A stretch of 64,000 bases of DNA. It comes from Octopus bimaculoides. Its lineage: Eukaryota. A model generated the notes under the pieces. That model did not search any database, had not been told where the DNA came from, and saw only the letters and a list, made by a program, of their open reading frames with translations. The translations under genes and the position numbers were made by a program. Numbering within the stretch: the first letter of the stretch is position 1; every line of letters begins with the position of its first letter. Positions 52,276-64,000 of the stretch are shown piece by piece. The stretch spans positions 158,136,274 through 158,200,273 of the forward strand of contig NC_068983.1 of assembly GCF_001194135.2 (NCBI RefSeq), in the 5' to 3' direction.

Positions 52276-53842
52276 ATTAAATATTCATCAATTACTGGAT
52301 GGAGTACTTTTTTGTTGATCTTATCTTAACAATAAACTACCAGATTGGAGCCTGATGCAGCCAACTGGCTCACCAGTCCCCAGCCAAACCGCCCAACCCA
52401 TGCCAGCATGGAAAGCAGCCGTTAAACAATGATGATGATGATGATGATATATATATATATATGTATATATATATGTGTGTGTGTATATATACACACATAC
52501 ATATGTATATACACACACACATACATATATATACACACACACACATATATATATACACATACATGTATATTGGATAATATTTACAGGAATTGTATTGAGA
52601 GGTATGTGTAGCCCATCTGGAAGTTTTCTTAAATGACATTTGGCACTAACAGCAACATACATGAAATACTTTGACACAAAACTTGAGTACTTTTGGCAAT
52701 AAGAGCTCAAAGAGATTGTTACAATAATGACAATTTCTTGACAAAGTACAAAGATAAGAGTAGAGGAAATACAGCTGATGGAATTTGATTATGCCTCTAT
52801 ATCTACTATTAGAACAGCATACGGAACTAATTGCATATTTTATGACCTGTGTATTCTATGATCATAGGTATCCCATCCATAATCATTTTATCTTTTTTTC
52901 AAGTATCATGTGTCAAGGACCACATTATTCAAGGTATCCTCATTTTAAAAATAATAGGGTTTTGTTACGAGGAAGACTTACTGTTTACTTCTAGCAAGTC
53001 AAGCAATTATGGAGAGACTCCCTCATTGTTTCTGACTACTAATTGTTCAACCTTTGCATCAGTTTTGCAGTATTTTACAATTCTTTCATATATCTAGGAA
53101 TTAGAAACCTGTAAATTCTCTCATTTTTTTAATTAAAAGATACCCTCTTATATACACAATGTTGCTGTTATTCAACCTGCATGTTATTAATTTCATACCA
53201 CTTCTAGTTCTCTCTTTCATAGCTTCCAATACACATTTTTGTTTATAAACTCAGCAACTAACTACTTGCATATCACTTCCATTCAGACACACCTGTCACA
53301 TTCCTCTGAACTAACTAGTTGCACACCACCTCCACCAGGTCACCTGTCTTTCCTCTCGTCACACCGGAGTCTCACCTCCAAGCCCCCATACTAATCACCT
53401 TATCAAGTCTTTCTTCTGCAGAAATTCAATCTCTTAGATTGTTCACATTGGCTTATAAATGTTCAAGAATAAACAATTGAATTGATTTCATCAGTCTCAA
53501 AGGACCTATCTAGGACTTGGGTACTACCCTTGCTCCTTTGATGTAACTGCAGAAGAAAAAAAATTAAACAGACTCAGTAAAAAGGGTTTTTTTTAATAAG
53601 AGACAAAATGTTGAACATAGAAATCTATATAAATATATTTGTTACTCTTTACTCTCTCTCTTTTACTCTTTTACTCGTTTAAGTCATTTGACTGTGGCCA
53701 TGCTGGAGCACCGCCTCTTAGTCGAGCTAATCGACCCCAGGACTTAATCTTTGGAAGCCTAGTACTTATTCTACCGGTCTCTTTTGCCGAACCGCTAAGT
53801 TATATATATACACGCATAAGTATTATGTATATGTGTATATTC

Positions 53843-54060
53843 TTTTATTCTTGTTTCATTCAGTCAACTGGCTGTGGTCACGATGCAGCATCGCCTTTTA
53901 CTCGGAGAAATCGACCCCTGGACTTATTCTTTGTAAGCCTGGTGCTTATTCTATCGGTCTCTTTTGCAGAACCGCTAAGTTACGGGGACATAAACACACC
54001 AATATCGGTTGTCAAGCGATGGTGATGGAGGACAAACACAGACAAAACACACACACATAA

Positions 54061-54130
<70 letters not shown>

Positions 54131-54288
54131 CGATGGGCTTTCATTTTCCGTCTACAAAATTCCTCACAAGGCTTCGATCATCCCGATGCTTTAGTAGAAG
54201 ACACCCAAGATGCCACGCAGTGGGACTGAACGCAGAACCCTGTGGTTGGGAAGCAAGCTTCTTACCACACAGCCACATCTGCGCCTAT
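53843..54288 (-). mobile_element. Full-length CORE-like tRNA-SINE with internal (CA)n(TA)n; extra tail fragment at ~53655-53801
   Basis: Minus head ataggcgcagatgtggctgtgtggtaagaagcttgc...ggttctgcgttcagtcccactgcgtggcatcttgggtgtcttctact; microsatellite at ~54045-54130; conserved tail. Confidence 0.85.
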
Positions 54289-54311
54289 ATATATATCATT
54301 TTTATATAAAC

Positions 54312-54388
<77 letters not shown>

Positions 54389-54429
54389 TGTATGTATGTA
54401 TGTATTGATGTCTAGACATCATGCATGTA

Positions 54430-55880
54430 CGTGCGTATGCGTGCGATGCATCCTCAATTATAATTCGTTCAATGTCCTTGGGCGACTGAGTGACTGAGCG
54501 AAACACTGAAGTTGTTGGTGGTTGCTTTAAATATAGTTGAATATTGTAGGCGATACCTTTTCTGGTTTTGTTAACACATTATAAGAATAAGAAAAAAGAC
54601 CGATTATATCCACATGCAATCCAAACGTGTAGCCAAGAGGGCGTTTCAGTCGTTCATTAGCGCTAAAAAGAGAGAGAGACGCTCCTGGGAAAACTTCCAG
54701 ACACTTGAAAAAATCCGGCTGTACCACTTGTTGGATTTGACAACTCTTCTTGCTTTATCAATGTTTCTTTAACTGAAGAACTAGTCCCAGCCAGAACCAC
54801 TGGACTTTAACTGAACCCCTAATCTAATAATACAAGCTGCTGCTACTATGCTGCTGTTGTATTTGCGTCACCATGTTCCAATGACAAGCCCATGGAATCG
54901 TCCCGGTTGATACAGGTCTCGTAATCATCTGATACTTTTGCAATAGAGTGCTGACTACCTCGATTTCTGAACTTTTGATACCTTGGGGGTGACTGGGTAC
55001 GCGATTGAAGAACGACAATCTTGTTTGAGTGGAATGCCACTTAATTTCTAATTCTGTTGAGTTGGTCCAGTACCAAAACATAGAGGAGCCAAATGTGCCA
55101 TACAAAATGGTTCCAAAAAAATTGTTGCTAAGGTTAAACCACCATGCAGACACTGTTGTATATTATAATGATCTCATCTTTGAAGACTGGAACAAAACTG
55201 GATTCTCCTAGGGCCGTTGCTATGTTGCGATATCTAACCTTATTCTAAACTTCGGCTTGATCCAAATTGATGAGCGCCTCATCGAAGCCACATGTATTGT
55301 TGACCCACCTACAATGTATTGCACGCGACGTGGACAATGGGGAGGGGATCAAATTTCTGCGTCTTTCACTATTTTGTGTCTGCCAATATTTTGTCTAACA
55401 CCTTTACTAAGATTTTCCTTCTTTTTTCTACCCACAAGGGGCTACACACAGAGGGGACCAACAAGGATAGACAAACGGATTAAGTCGATTATATCGACCC
55501 CAGTTGCGTAACTGGCACTTATTTAATCGACCCCGAAAGGATGAAAGGCAAAGTGGACCTCGGCGGAATTTGAACTCTGAAATACCGCTAAGTATTTCGC
55601 CCGGCGTGCTAACGTTTCTGCCAGTTCGCCTTTACTAAGATTTTCAACACTTCATTTTCAACACTTCATTTGACAAAGTAATGAGCCTGAGTTGTTTATC
55701 TCTTGTTCGAATTGTTGCTCGAATTCGTTACTATCTCTCGAGACGAAGTGTGGTGACACTCTCCTGAATCGGAATAAACTTGGTCTGCTGCAGGAGAAGC
55801 TGCCATGTTTATAGCGAGCAGTGTGGGATATGGTAAATGGCAAAACCATCCACTCATGTATAATTTGCCCTGCACACACC
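54430..55880 (-). pseudogene. Degraded Tx1/L1-clade LINE reverse transcriptase, interrupted by a SINE
   Basis: After removing the SINE and a 14-bp duplication, minus frames read RLITLSNEVLKILVKVLDKIL, EALINLDQ, LSGIPLKQDCRSSIAY, STLLQKYQMIT, INRDDSMGL and QSLSRPRTLNEL, collinear with Tx1-type RT as recalled. Confidence 0.75.
55418..55631 (-). mobile_element. Monomeric Meta-like SINE (tail A) with 15-17-bp TSD
   Basis: cctttactaagattttc at 55401-55417 and 55629-55645. Confidence 0.9.
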
Positions 55881-55892
55881 GGCTTTTATGGA

Positions 55893-56250
55893 GGGAAAAG
55901 CAAAGTCGACCTTGGCGGAATTTGAACTCAGAACGTAAGGACGGATGATATGCTGCTAAGTATTTTGTCCGACGTGCTAACGACTCTTCCCACTCGCCGC
56001 ACTACTACTTCTACTACTACTACTGATGATGATGATGATGATGATGATTTATACTGTAGATACAAGGCCTGAAATTTGGGGGGGAGGGGCTTGGCTGATT
56101 AAATCGACTCCACTCCAGCTACTTGTTTCATCAACCCCAAAAGGATTAATGACATAGTCGACCTTGGCGGAATTTGAATTCAGAACGTAAAGACGGACGA
56201 AATGCCGCCAAACATTTTGTCCGGCGTGCTAACAATTTTGCCAGCTTGCC

Positions 56251-56251
<1 letters not shown>
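55893..56251 (-). mobile_element. Two Meta-like SINE copies, followed by (AAT)n
   Basis: Copies at ~55893-56000 and ~56050-56251; (AAT)n at 56252-56300. Confidence 0.8.
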
Positions 56252-56303
<52 letters not shown>

Positions 56304-57112
56304 TATTATTATTATTATCATTAAGAAGATGGAATAGGAGGAGAAAAGAAGACATCTGTTGTAAGAAATGAATAAGTTATGAAGAATGCGCATCAAACGA
56401 AAGAATGAACCTAGATTTATAACTTAGAAATAGCGAACAATTAATCCTCCAATATGTAACATCGGCTGCCAGTTTAGATTAGAATATCGTAGAGAAGGAA
56501 AGCTGTTTATTTTGTTGTTGCTGATACCACGAGGGAAAAAACTGTTTATGGCTTCTATTTTATTTTTAGAACTCTGTTCACATTTTGTAATACCCCTTCC
56601 ACTGATTATTTTCTTTCATATTTTTGTATTATTTTACTTCTCTTTAGTGTAGAATGTCGACTCTCTGCAATCAACCTGAAATACCTGATGTTTTATCAAT
56701 CATGCCATATTATAAACTAATTTCAAGAAAGTCTTTTTTTTTACTTTTGTCTTTTATTTAATAGTTTTTATAAAGGAAAAAGTTAAAAAAAAAAATTAGA
56801 ATCAAATTTTGAAACATAAGCATATAATGCCGGATTTACAGGTGAATAAAAATGAAAGGTTGCGACATATGCCAAGAAGTTGAACGACAGAAATGTAACA
56901 TATCATGTGAGCAATTAGAAGACTTGTGGGCTTGTGAGGTTGGTTCACTAGATTCTTATTGCTGCAATAAGGCGGTTGCTCTGTAACATAAACTAACATT
57001 AAGATCACTTGACTGAGCAACAGCGTTACCTTTTTAATACAAGAAAATAAGTGTTGAAAAACATACAGCCATATTTAAGAATAATATACTATATGTTGAG
57101 TTCCAAGAAAAA

Positions 57113-57328
57113 CTGGTTTCAAATTTTTAACCCCAGGCTAGCAATTTCGGGAGTGGAGATAAGTCGATTACACCGACCCTAGTGTTCAACTGGTACTTAT
57201 TTTATCGACCCGAAAGGACGAAATGCAAAGTCGGCCTCGGTGGAATTTGAACTGAGAGCACAAATTCGGACGAAATGTTGCTAAGCATTTTGCCCAGCGT
57301 GCTAACGATTCTACCAACTCACCGTTTT
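57113..57328 (-). mobile_element. Meta-like SINE
   Basis: Reverse complement of the family consensus. Confidence 0.8.
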
Positions 57329-57875
57329 AAGCTCCAAGAAAATTAATGCTGATGTATATACATGATGGACTCTTGTCTTGTACAACAAAAAGGTAATAGT
57401 AATTGAAATGATAATCGTAAATTGCATTCAGTTATAATTTTTCTGTCATTAATTAGCAATGTCGAAATGTCCTGAACCCATTATATTTTATTTTTCCTTT
57501 CCTATCTAAAACTAATTCAATAAACAATCGAGAATTAGAACGTTGATGTTCGCTCAGTCACACACACACACATACTCACATACACACACACATACACACA
57601 TACACACACACACATACACACACACATACACACACACAATAAAAACGTCGGGTGAATTAGACTAAATCACTTAATGCGCCCGCTAACATATATAAACCCT
57701 ACTGCTAACTGAACAACGTAAACCATACTTCCACACAGACTATCTCAAGTGCTTCATTCTACTTAACTTGATTCTCCTTCACAACTTCAGTAGACTCACA
57801 TCACAAAAAGCAAATACAAAGAAGATAGAAGAAAGGGAGAAAGGATGTAAGTTACTAAATTCTGAGCGTGTGTGG

Positions 57876-57944
<69 letters not shown>

Positions 57945-58754
57945 CTTTCTATCTAATTAATTCAGTCTGACTATCAATTCAATTATCTATGAATAAAAAT
58001 ATATATCTAATATATCTACAAATTAGTATGAGTACACATACATGCACGTACACACAGTCACGGTGACATATACTCACACACACATATATAGTATTACATA
58101 TACATGAGTGTGTATATATGGGTGCGTGTATACACACAAATACATATACATACATACTCACATACATACACACTAAATATATACAGGTGATGGGTGAGTG
58201 GTTTTATGTATTTTTGTATATGTGTACATCGACGTGTGTATATAAACGTCCCTGTAAGTAATCAAAGACAGCTACTTCAGACTGTCAGGAATTACTAACG
58301 ACTAATAAAAACACATTTTAGCATAGATATCACAACTGTCCAATGCCTTGAATTCTCTGCATGCCTCTTGTTAAAGAATAAAAGCAATGGAATGACAATG
58401 ACAACGTCCAACCAAATACCAGTAACTATTTCTAGTGTTGTTATGTCCTTCATATTTAAGCTCATTCTAAAATAGAATATTGTACACGTCCCACTGATTC
58501 ATAATTTGCATTCGTGTGAAGTATACTTTAGAGGGTGTATATCTAAAAGCCCCATTCATCTCGCTGGAAGTACTGAGCAGTACCATTCTCACGCCTTACA
58601 CGTCGCCCAATGATTCTTAGACGCTTCTTTTCATAAACCCACGCTATATTGTCTGACCTGGCATAGTCAACTTGAACATTATTGCATTTGTTGTCAAATG
58701 CAACCCCGTCATGAAGAGTTGTATATGTGCAGAATTGTTTGGTTATGATCTGTG

Positions 58755-58800
<46 letters not shown>

Positions 58801-59003
58801 ACACACACACACACNNNNNNNNNNNNNNNNNNNNNNNNNNNNNNNNNNNNNNNNNNNNNNNNNNNNNNNNNNNNNNNNNNNNNNNNNNNNNNNNNNNNNN
58901 NNNNNNNNNNNNNNNNNNNNNNNNNNNNNNNNNNNNNNNNNNNNNNNNNNNNNNNNNNNNNNNNNNNNNNNNNNNNNNNNNNNNNNNNNNNNNNNNNNNN
59001 NNN

Positions 59004-59038
<35 letters not shown>

Positions 59039-59574
59039 TTGGAAATCATCAGTGTTTGTTCAACGCTGTTTGAAATTGATAAAAAAAATATCCATTCTAA
59101 ACGGTTCTATTTTCCACAAATTGGCAAGTGGATTTAAAACAGATCCAGCTATCAGCCAAATCTATTGGGAAGATTGCCTTACTGTATTTCATTGATCAAG
59201 GAGGACAATTGGTTTTCTTCTTGTGTTTGTGGTTAAAGAGTTTGTCTGAAAAGATTCAGGATCGATACTGTTGTTTTTGGCAAAGTTCTCTTTTTAATGC
59301 AACACTTGTAAAGTATGATATTGACTGGAAGAGAAATTCTACTCTTCAGTCAGTTTGCAGAAAGTGGGGTTAAATTAGCGTTTCTGTCCCGAATGAATAG
59401 GCAAAATCTCAGCAGTAGATCGATGACCATAATTTGGGGATCATTTTTCTTGGTAGAAAGGATATTCCTGGATATGTGAGATTCTCTGATTGACGTCAGC
59501 TTTTCACATATTTTGTTTACTGTGTCTTTTTATTATACATACATAATTTGCCCTTGTGACAAACATTTAGTATT

Positions 59575-60080
59575 TGGCAGGATTGTGCGTTGGACAAAAT
59601 ACCTGGTGGTATTTGTTTCAGCTCTTCATGTTATAGATTCAGATAAAACCGAGATCAGCCATACCATTCCTCTCTGCGGAGTCGATCGAATAAAGTCCTA
59701 GTAGTTCTATTAAGGTCGATTTCATCAATTAATGACCTTCCCCCAAATTTCAGGCCTTTTATCCAATAATAGAAACAATTATTATTATTATTAAGAAGAG
59801 GGTTATTTCGCCCCCGCCCCTACGTCGACTTTGCCTTTCATCCTTTTGGGGCCGATAAATTATCAGCTCCATACTGGGGTCGATGTAATCAACTAGTCCC
59901 CTCCCTGCAAATTTCAGTCCTTGTATCTATAGTAGAAAGGATTCTAGCTTCTCCCAAACTTTCAGGCCTTGTACCTATAATGGAAGGAGATCGATGAAGT
60001 ACCAGTTGCGTACTGGGGTCGATCTAATCGACTGGCCTCCTCCCCACAAATTTCTGGCCTTATGCCTAGAATAGAAAAGA
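59575..60080 (+). mobile_element. Three head-to-tail truncated Meta-like SINE copies
   Basis: Tails ...aaatttcaggcctt...tagaaa repeat at ~59760, ~59935 and ~60070. Confidence 0.8.
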
Positions 60081-60546
60081 TTACAAAATGTTTTCGCTTC
60101 AAACCCGAACATTCGCTTTCAATATTTTCTGTTTGTAACTCTAGAAAATCAAATATTCCCGTTTTTACCTGTTATTAGACTGCAGTGGATACCAACCATT
60201 CACGAAATAATAGCCATGATATGGTTCAATCATTAAAAAATAAATTACTTCCAAATATCCAAGAAATGAGATGTCTCCATAAAATGACCGACTCCTTTTA
60301 TTACTATAAGGATCATTCAAAAACTGAACCGCATTTCAAAGTATTNNNNNNNNNNNNNNNNNNNNNNNNNNNNNNNNNNNNNNNNNNNNNNNNNNNNNNN
60401 NNNNNNNNTGTGTTTATTATTTACTGCAGTGAAATCATCTGAGTGACCAGATAGTAGTTCTTGCGACGAATATTTTGACTCATAATTATAAACTTTCTGT
60501 AAAGTTATCAGTTATTGTGTGTTTTGGGATGGCTAATATGTGGCTT

Positions 60547-60900
60547 GGTGAAGGCGCATGGCTCAGTGGTTAGAGCGTCGGGCTCACAATCAAGAGTTAG
60601 TGAGTTCAATTTCCGGGCTGGGCTTTGTGTTGTGTTCTTGAGCAAGACATTTTACTTCATGTTGTTCCAGTTCACTCAGCTGTAGAAATAAGTTGCGACG
60701 TCACTGGAGCCAAGCTGTATCGGCCCCTTTGCCTTTCCGTTGGATAACATCAGTGGCGTGGAGAGGGGTGGCTGGTATGCATGGGTGACTGCTGGTCTCC
60801 CATAAACAACCTTTCTCGGACTTGTGTCTCGGAGGGGAACTTTCTAGATGCAATTCCCATGGTCATTCATGACCGAAGGGGTTCTTTATCCATTTTGTAT
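60547..60900 (+). mobile_element. tRNA-derived SINE, distinct tail family
   Basis: gcgcatggctcagtggttagagcg (A-box), gagttcaatttcc (B-box), gttgtgttcttgagcaagaca core. Confidence 0.8.
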
Positions 60901-61009
60901 CTTCTATGTTGCAATCGTTTTAGTTTAGTTTCGTTGCACGGTCTCAAATCGAATCATTTGCTCGGCAGGTACACCTCCCAAATATACATCTAAGCTTTTC
61001 TAGTTATAC

Positions 61010-61402
61010 TTTTACATGTTTCAATCCTTTGCTTGCGACCATACTGCAGCACCGCCTTAAGGGGTTTTAGTCGAAGAAATCGACCCCAGGACTTATTTTT
61101 TGTAAACCTAGTTCTTATTCTATCGGTCTCGTTTGCCAAACTGCTACGTTACGGGGACGTAAACACACCAACAGCTGTTGTCAAGTGATCGAGAGGTGAT
61201 AAAGACAGACACAAAGACACATACACACACAAACACATACAACGGGCTTCTTTCAGTTTCCGTCTACTAAATCTTCTCACAAGGCTTTGGTCGGCCTGAA
61301 TCTATAGTAGAAGACACTTGCCTTAAGTGCCACGCTTTGGGACTGAACCCGGGACCATGTGGTTGGGAAGCAAACTTCTTATCATACAACTATACCTACG
61401 TC
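61010..61402 (-). mobile_element. Full-length CORE-like tRNA-SINE with short internal (CA)n
   Basis: Same architecture as 53843-54288. Confidence 0.85.
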
Positions 61403-61846
61403 TCTGATTAAATGTTGCATCTCGGAATTTGAATTTTGCATGTCTGGATATTAGACGCTCTATCTGATCTCAAAAACATGTAAGCGTAAACACACACACA
61501 CACACACACAATCACAAACATACTCGTTAAATGATTATTAACTGATAATCATAAAAATACAGAACATGTTTTTTTCTTATATAGATACATATAAGAACAT
61601 ATATGACGTACGTACATAGTCACACAAACTTATACACATAGACACACTTAAACAAGCGCATACAAGGAGACAGAAGTACACACACAAATACACACACACA
61701 CAAATACACACATACACACACACAAATACACAAACATGAATATGCAGAATACATTCAAACGTACACATACGCAATGCATACACACATACGCATACATACA
61801 CACACACATACATACATACACATACATACATACATACATACATACA

Positions 61847-61877
<31 letters not shown>

Positions 61878-62297
61878 GAGTATACACCTGTACACTGACG
61901 CAAACACATGCGCACAAACAAACAAAAAGAACACAGCTCCGATAACGGACAGAAGCAACGAAAATTTTAGAAAAAAATAAATAAGTAAATGAGCGGAAAT
62001 CGAACCGGTGAGTGTGTTAAGAAGGCATGAAAACAGGATGACTCTCCCGAGACACAATAAAACATGCTTCAACACACGAATTCACACAAAGAATCCTGAA
62101 AAGCAAATACAAAAACGAAATTATATAAGAAGGTCTAGGGATCGTTAACTATTTCCTTCACTCCGTCTGTCTTTCTTTTTCTCTCTCTCTCTCTCTTTGT
62201 TAAGATGTCAATCCTTCGTTAGTAACAGAACAGAATTAACAAATATCTTGTCAATGTTACAGTGTTACTATTCCTCCATCGATAGATTGTACCAGTT

Positions 62298-62394
<97 letters not shown>

Positions 62395-62487
62395 CTCTTC
62401 TCCCTTTCTATCCAACTTTCTCTTGTATGTTGATGTGTTCGTTTGTGTTTTTTTAGTTTTAAAAAAATTGGTTGGGGATTGAATATT

Positions 62488-62862
62488 CTTTTCTACTCTA
62501 GACACAAGGCCCGAAATTTTGGGGGAGGGAGCCAGTCGATTAGATCGACCTCAGTACGCAACTGGTACTTAATTTATCGACCCCAAAAGGATGAAAAGCA
62601 AAGTCGACCTCGGCGGAATTTGAACTCAGAACGTAAGGACATACGAAATACCGGTAAGCATTTCGCCCGACGCGCTAACTTTTCTTATTTCTTTACTGCC
62701 CACAAGGGGTTACACACAGAGGGGACAAACAAGGACCGACAAACGGATTAAGTCGATTATATCACCCCTGTGCGTAACTGGTACTTATTTAATCGACCCC
62801 CGAACGAATGAAAGGCAAAGTCGACCTCGGCGGAATTTGAACGTAACTGCGGACGAAATACC
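62488..62862 (-). mobile_element. Second dimeric Meta-like SINE, 5' truncated, 12-bp TSD
   Basis: ggattgaatatt at 62476-62487 and 62863-62874; minus junction cagtaaagaaataag|aaaagttagcgcg. Confidence 0.85.
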
Positions 62863-63559
62863 GGATTGAATATTGAATAAAGGGGGATTGAATATTGAAT
62901 AAAGAATTGTCAAGTTTGGGAAAATATGGCCTAAAATAAAGTTATCCATGCAAAATATGATCTCCGAAATTACCATATAATGTTAGCTCTATTTCTTGAA
63001 ATGATGTTAACGGCACTGAAAAATTTGGTACTATTTGAACGTCTCTTGGAATGATATGAAAAACTTTAATAGAATGAAATAAATGCTACTCAGCATAAAA
63101 ACTAAAGATAGGTGGATATTAAACGATGAAGCTGACGGAATGACAAGCGTGGATACTGGAAATTTTCGCCCTCCCAAAGCTGATATGACCTGCTCACGAA
63201 AACCTGAGGCAAAAAGACTTACTGTTTCAGCATGTCAATCGTTCGGCCGATGGATCCATTTAAATGTAATGAAACGTCAGACAACGGTGACATTAATTGG
63301 CCAGTACGACTTGATGACCTTTCACCGTTGATATAGAATCAAAGGAATTGTCGACTACCTCGTGAAAAGGTCATTCAAATATTGGAGATTATCATCATTA
63401 TTTTCATGCATACGGGGGTCGGCTCTACCACCACCACCATCATCATCATCATCATCGTTTCATTATCTTCATCATCGTTGTTACCACCACCGCCACCACC
63501 ACCAACATCATCACTTTACTCATTTGTAACAAGATCAAGTGTATTAGTTGCAATGAACA

Positions 63560-63760
63560 TATGAAGACAATTCTATAGTCAGCGGAAGATAGCCATTCAG
63601 CATCCCTGTTTGCGAAGTTGTAATTATTATTTTGGGCCGAGAGGAAGCTGTGCCTGAAGTGTCGGGTAGAGGTGATCAGCACGTATATCGTTTCGGTGAT
63701 GTACTACATCTTGACAGTGGTGCCATGTCTGTGGAAATATGGACTGTCTCAGAGCTTTCT
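63560..63760 (-). mobile_element. Degraded CR1/L2-like LINE 3' fragment
   Basis: Minus frame TSTRHFRHSFL resembles the R-F-R-x-S-F terminal motif. Confidence 0.4.
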
Positions 63761-64000
63761 GCCCACACAACAAAAAAAGAAAAGAAGAAGGAAATGCTCT
63801 TTACTGCTGCCAAAACCACTGCTACAAAAGCAGCAGTGTGCAATAACAGAGGCAGCACGATAAAAAGAAAGAGCTACAACAACAACATCTGTACTAATGT
63901 GAACGATTGCAGCAACAACAACATCAACGCACCACCTACAATCGCAGTTGTTGTTGGCACTCCGTCGCTTACGACGACGAGGGTTCCAGTTGATCCAATA

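Larger units (their letters stand above)
51045..53546 (-). other. Putative terminal exon / long 3' UTR of an unidentified gene
   Basis: Strong minus acceptor tttttttttcttctgcag| at 53547; all frames stop within 84 nt (YIKGARVVPKS*, LHQRSKG...IVYS*, TSKEQG*); AATAAA at 51266-51271 and ATTAAA at 51061-51066 followed by a U13 tract (51031-51043); CpG-depleted block. No upstream exon identified. Confidence 0.4.

Noticed and set aside
53060-53420. Spliced join giving MGAWRYMKEL*, resembling the N-terminus of ribosomal protein L15
   Set aside because: It depends on hand-picked splice sites, stops after 10 codons, and downstream similarity is marginal; likely chance.
53400-53495. Box C/D snoRNA (TGATGA on the minus strand at ~53490)
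   Set aside because: No CTGA D box or terminal stem at a suitable distance.
54430-55400. Apparent SOCS-box (SRPRTLNEL), PIF1-like (FS*GRCYVAIS) and USP-like (GFDNSSCFIN) motifs
   Set aside because: Each is short and flanked by stops; the whole segment is explained collinearly as a degraded Tx1/L1 RT on the minus strand.
58543-58750. Protein-like frame ...AWVYEKKRLRIIGRRVRRENG...
   Set aside because: It resembles the RTE R-R-L-R-W-x-G-H-V-x-R region and has no splice or start support; most likely a LINE relic.
63592-64000. Plus-strand frame open to the window end
   Set aside because: It is composed of an antisense CR1-like fragment, trinucleotide repeats and a SINE tail.

Overview
Eukaryotic, AT-rich, microsatellite-dense scaffold window with many N gaps. 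The SINE families and repeat density look like an Octopus (coleoid cephalopod) genome; this is inferred from repeat recognition, not from a database search. I found no intact, recognisable protein-coding gene, and almost all ORFs in the supplied track are microsatellite, N-gap or antisense-repeat artefacts. The window is a retroelement landscape: (i) more than 25 copies of a tRNA-derived SINE with a Meta-like core, including a dimeric form bounded twice by 12-bp TSDs; (ii) a CORE-like SINE with a built-in microsatellite; (iii) other tRNA-SINEs with shuffled head and tail modules; (iv) R4/Dong-type RLE LINE fragments of several subfamilies sitting in (AAT)n; (v) a ~560-bp non-coding element also sitting in (AAT)n; (vi) degraded RTE, Tx1/L1 and CR1-like LINEs; (vii) a decayed mariner and several MITEs, one with perfect 37-bp TIRs, an 8-bp TSD and a telomere-repeat core. 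The best gene-like signal is a sharply bounded CpG-depleted block at ~51.0-53.6 kb. It has a minus-strand splice acceptor, poly(A) signals and a 50-bp near-perfect hairpin, and is probably the terminal exon/3' UTR of an unidentified gene. Repeat boundaries are approximate unless a TSD or TIR is quoted.
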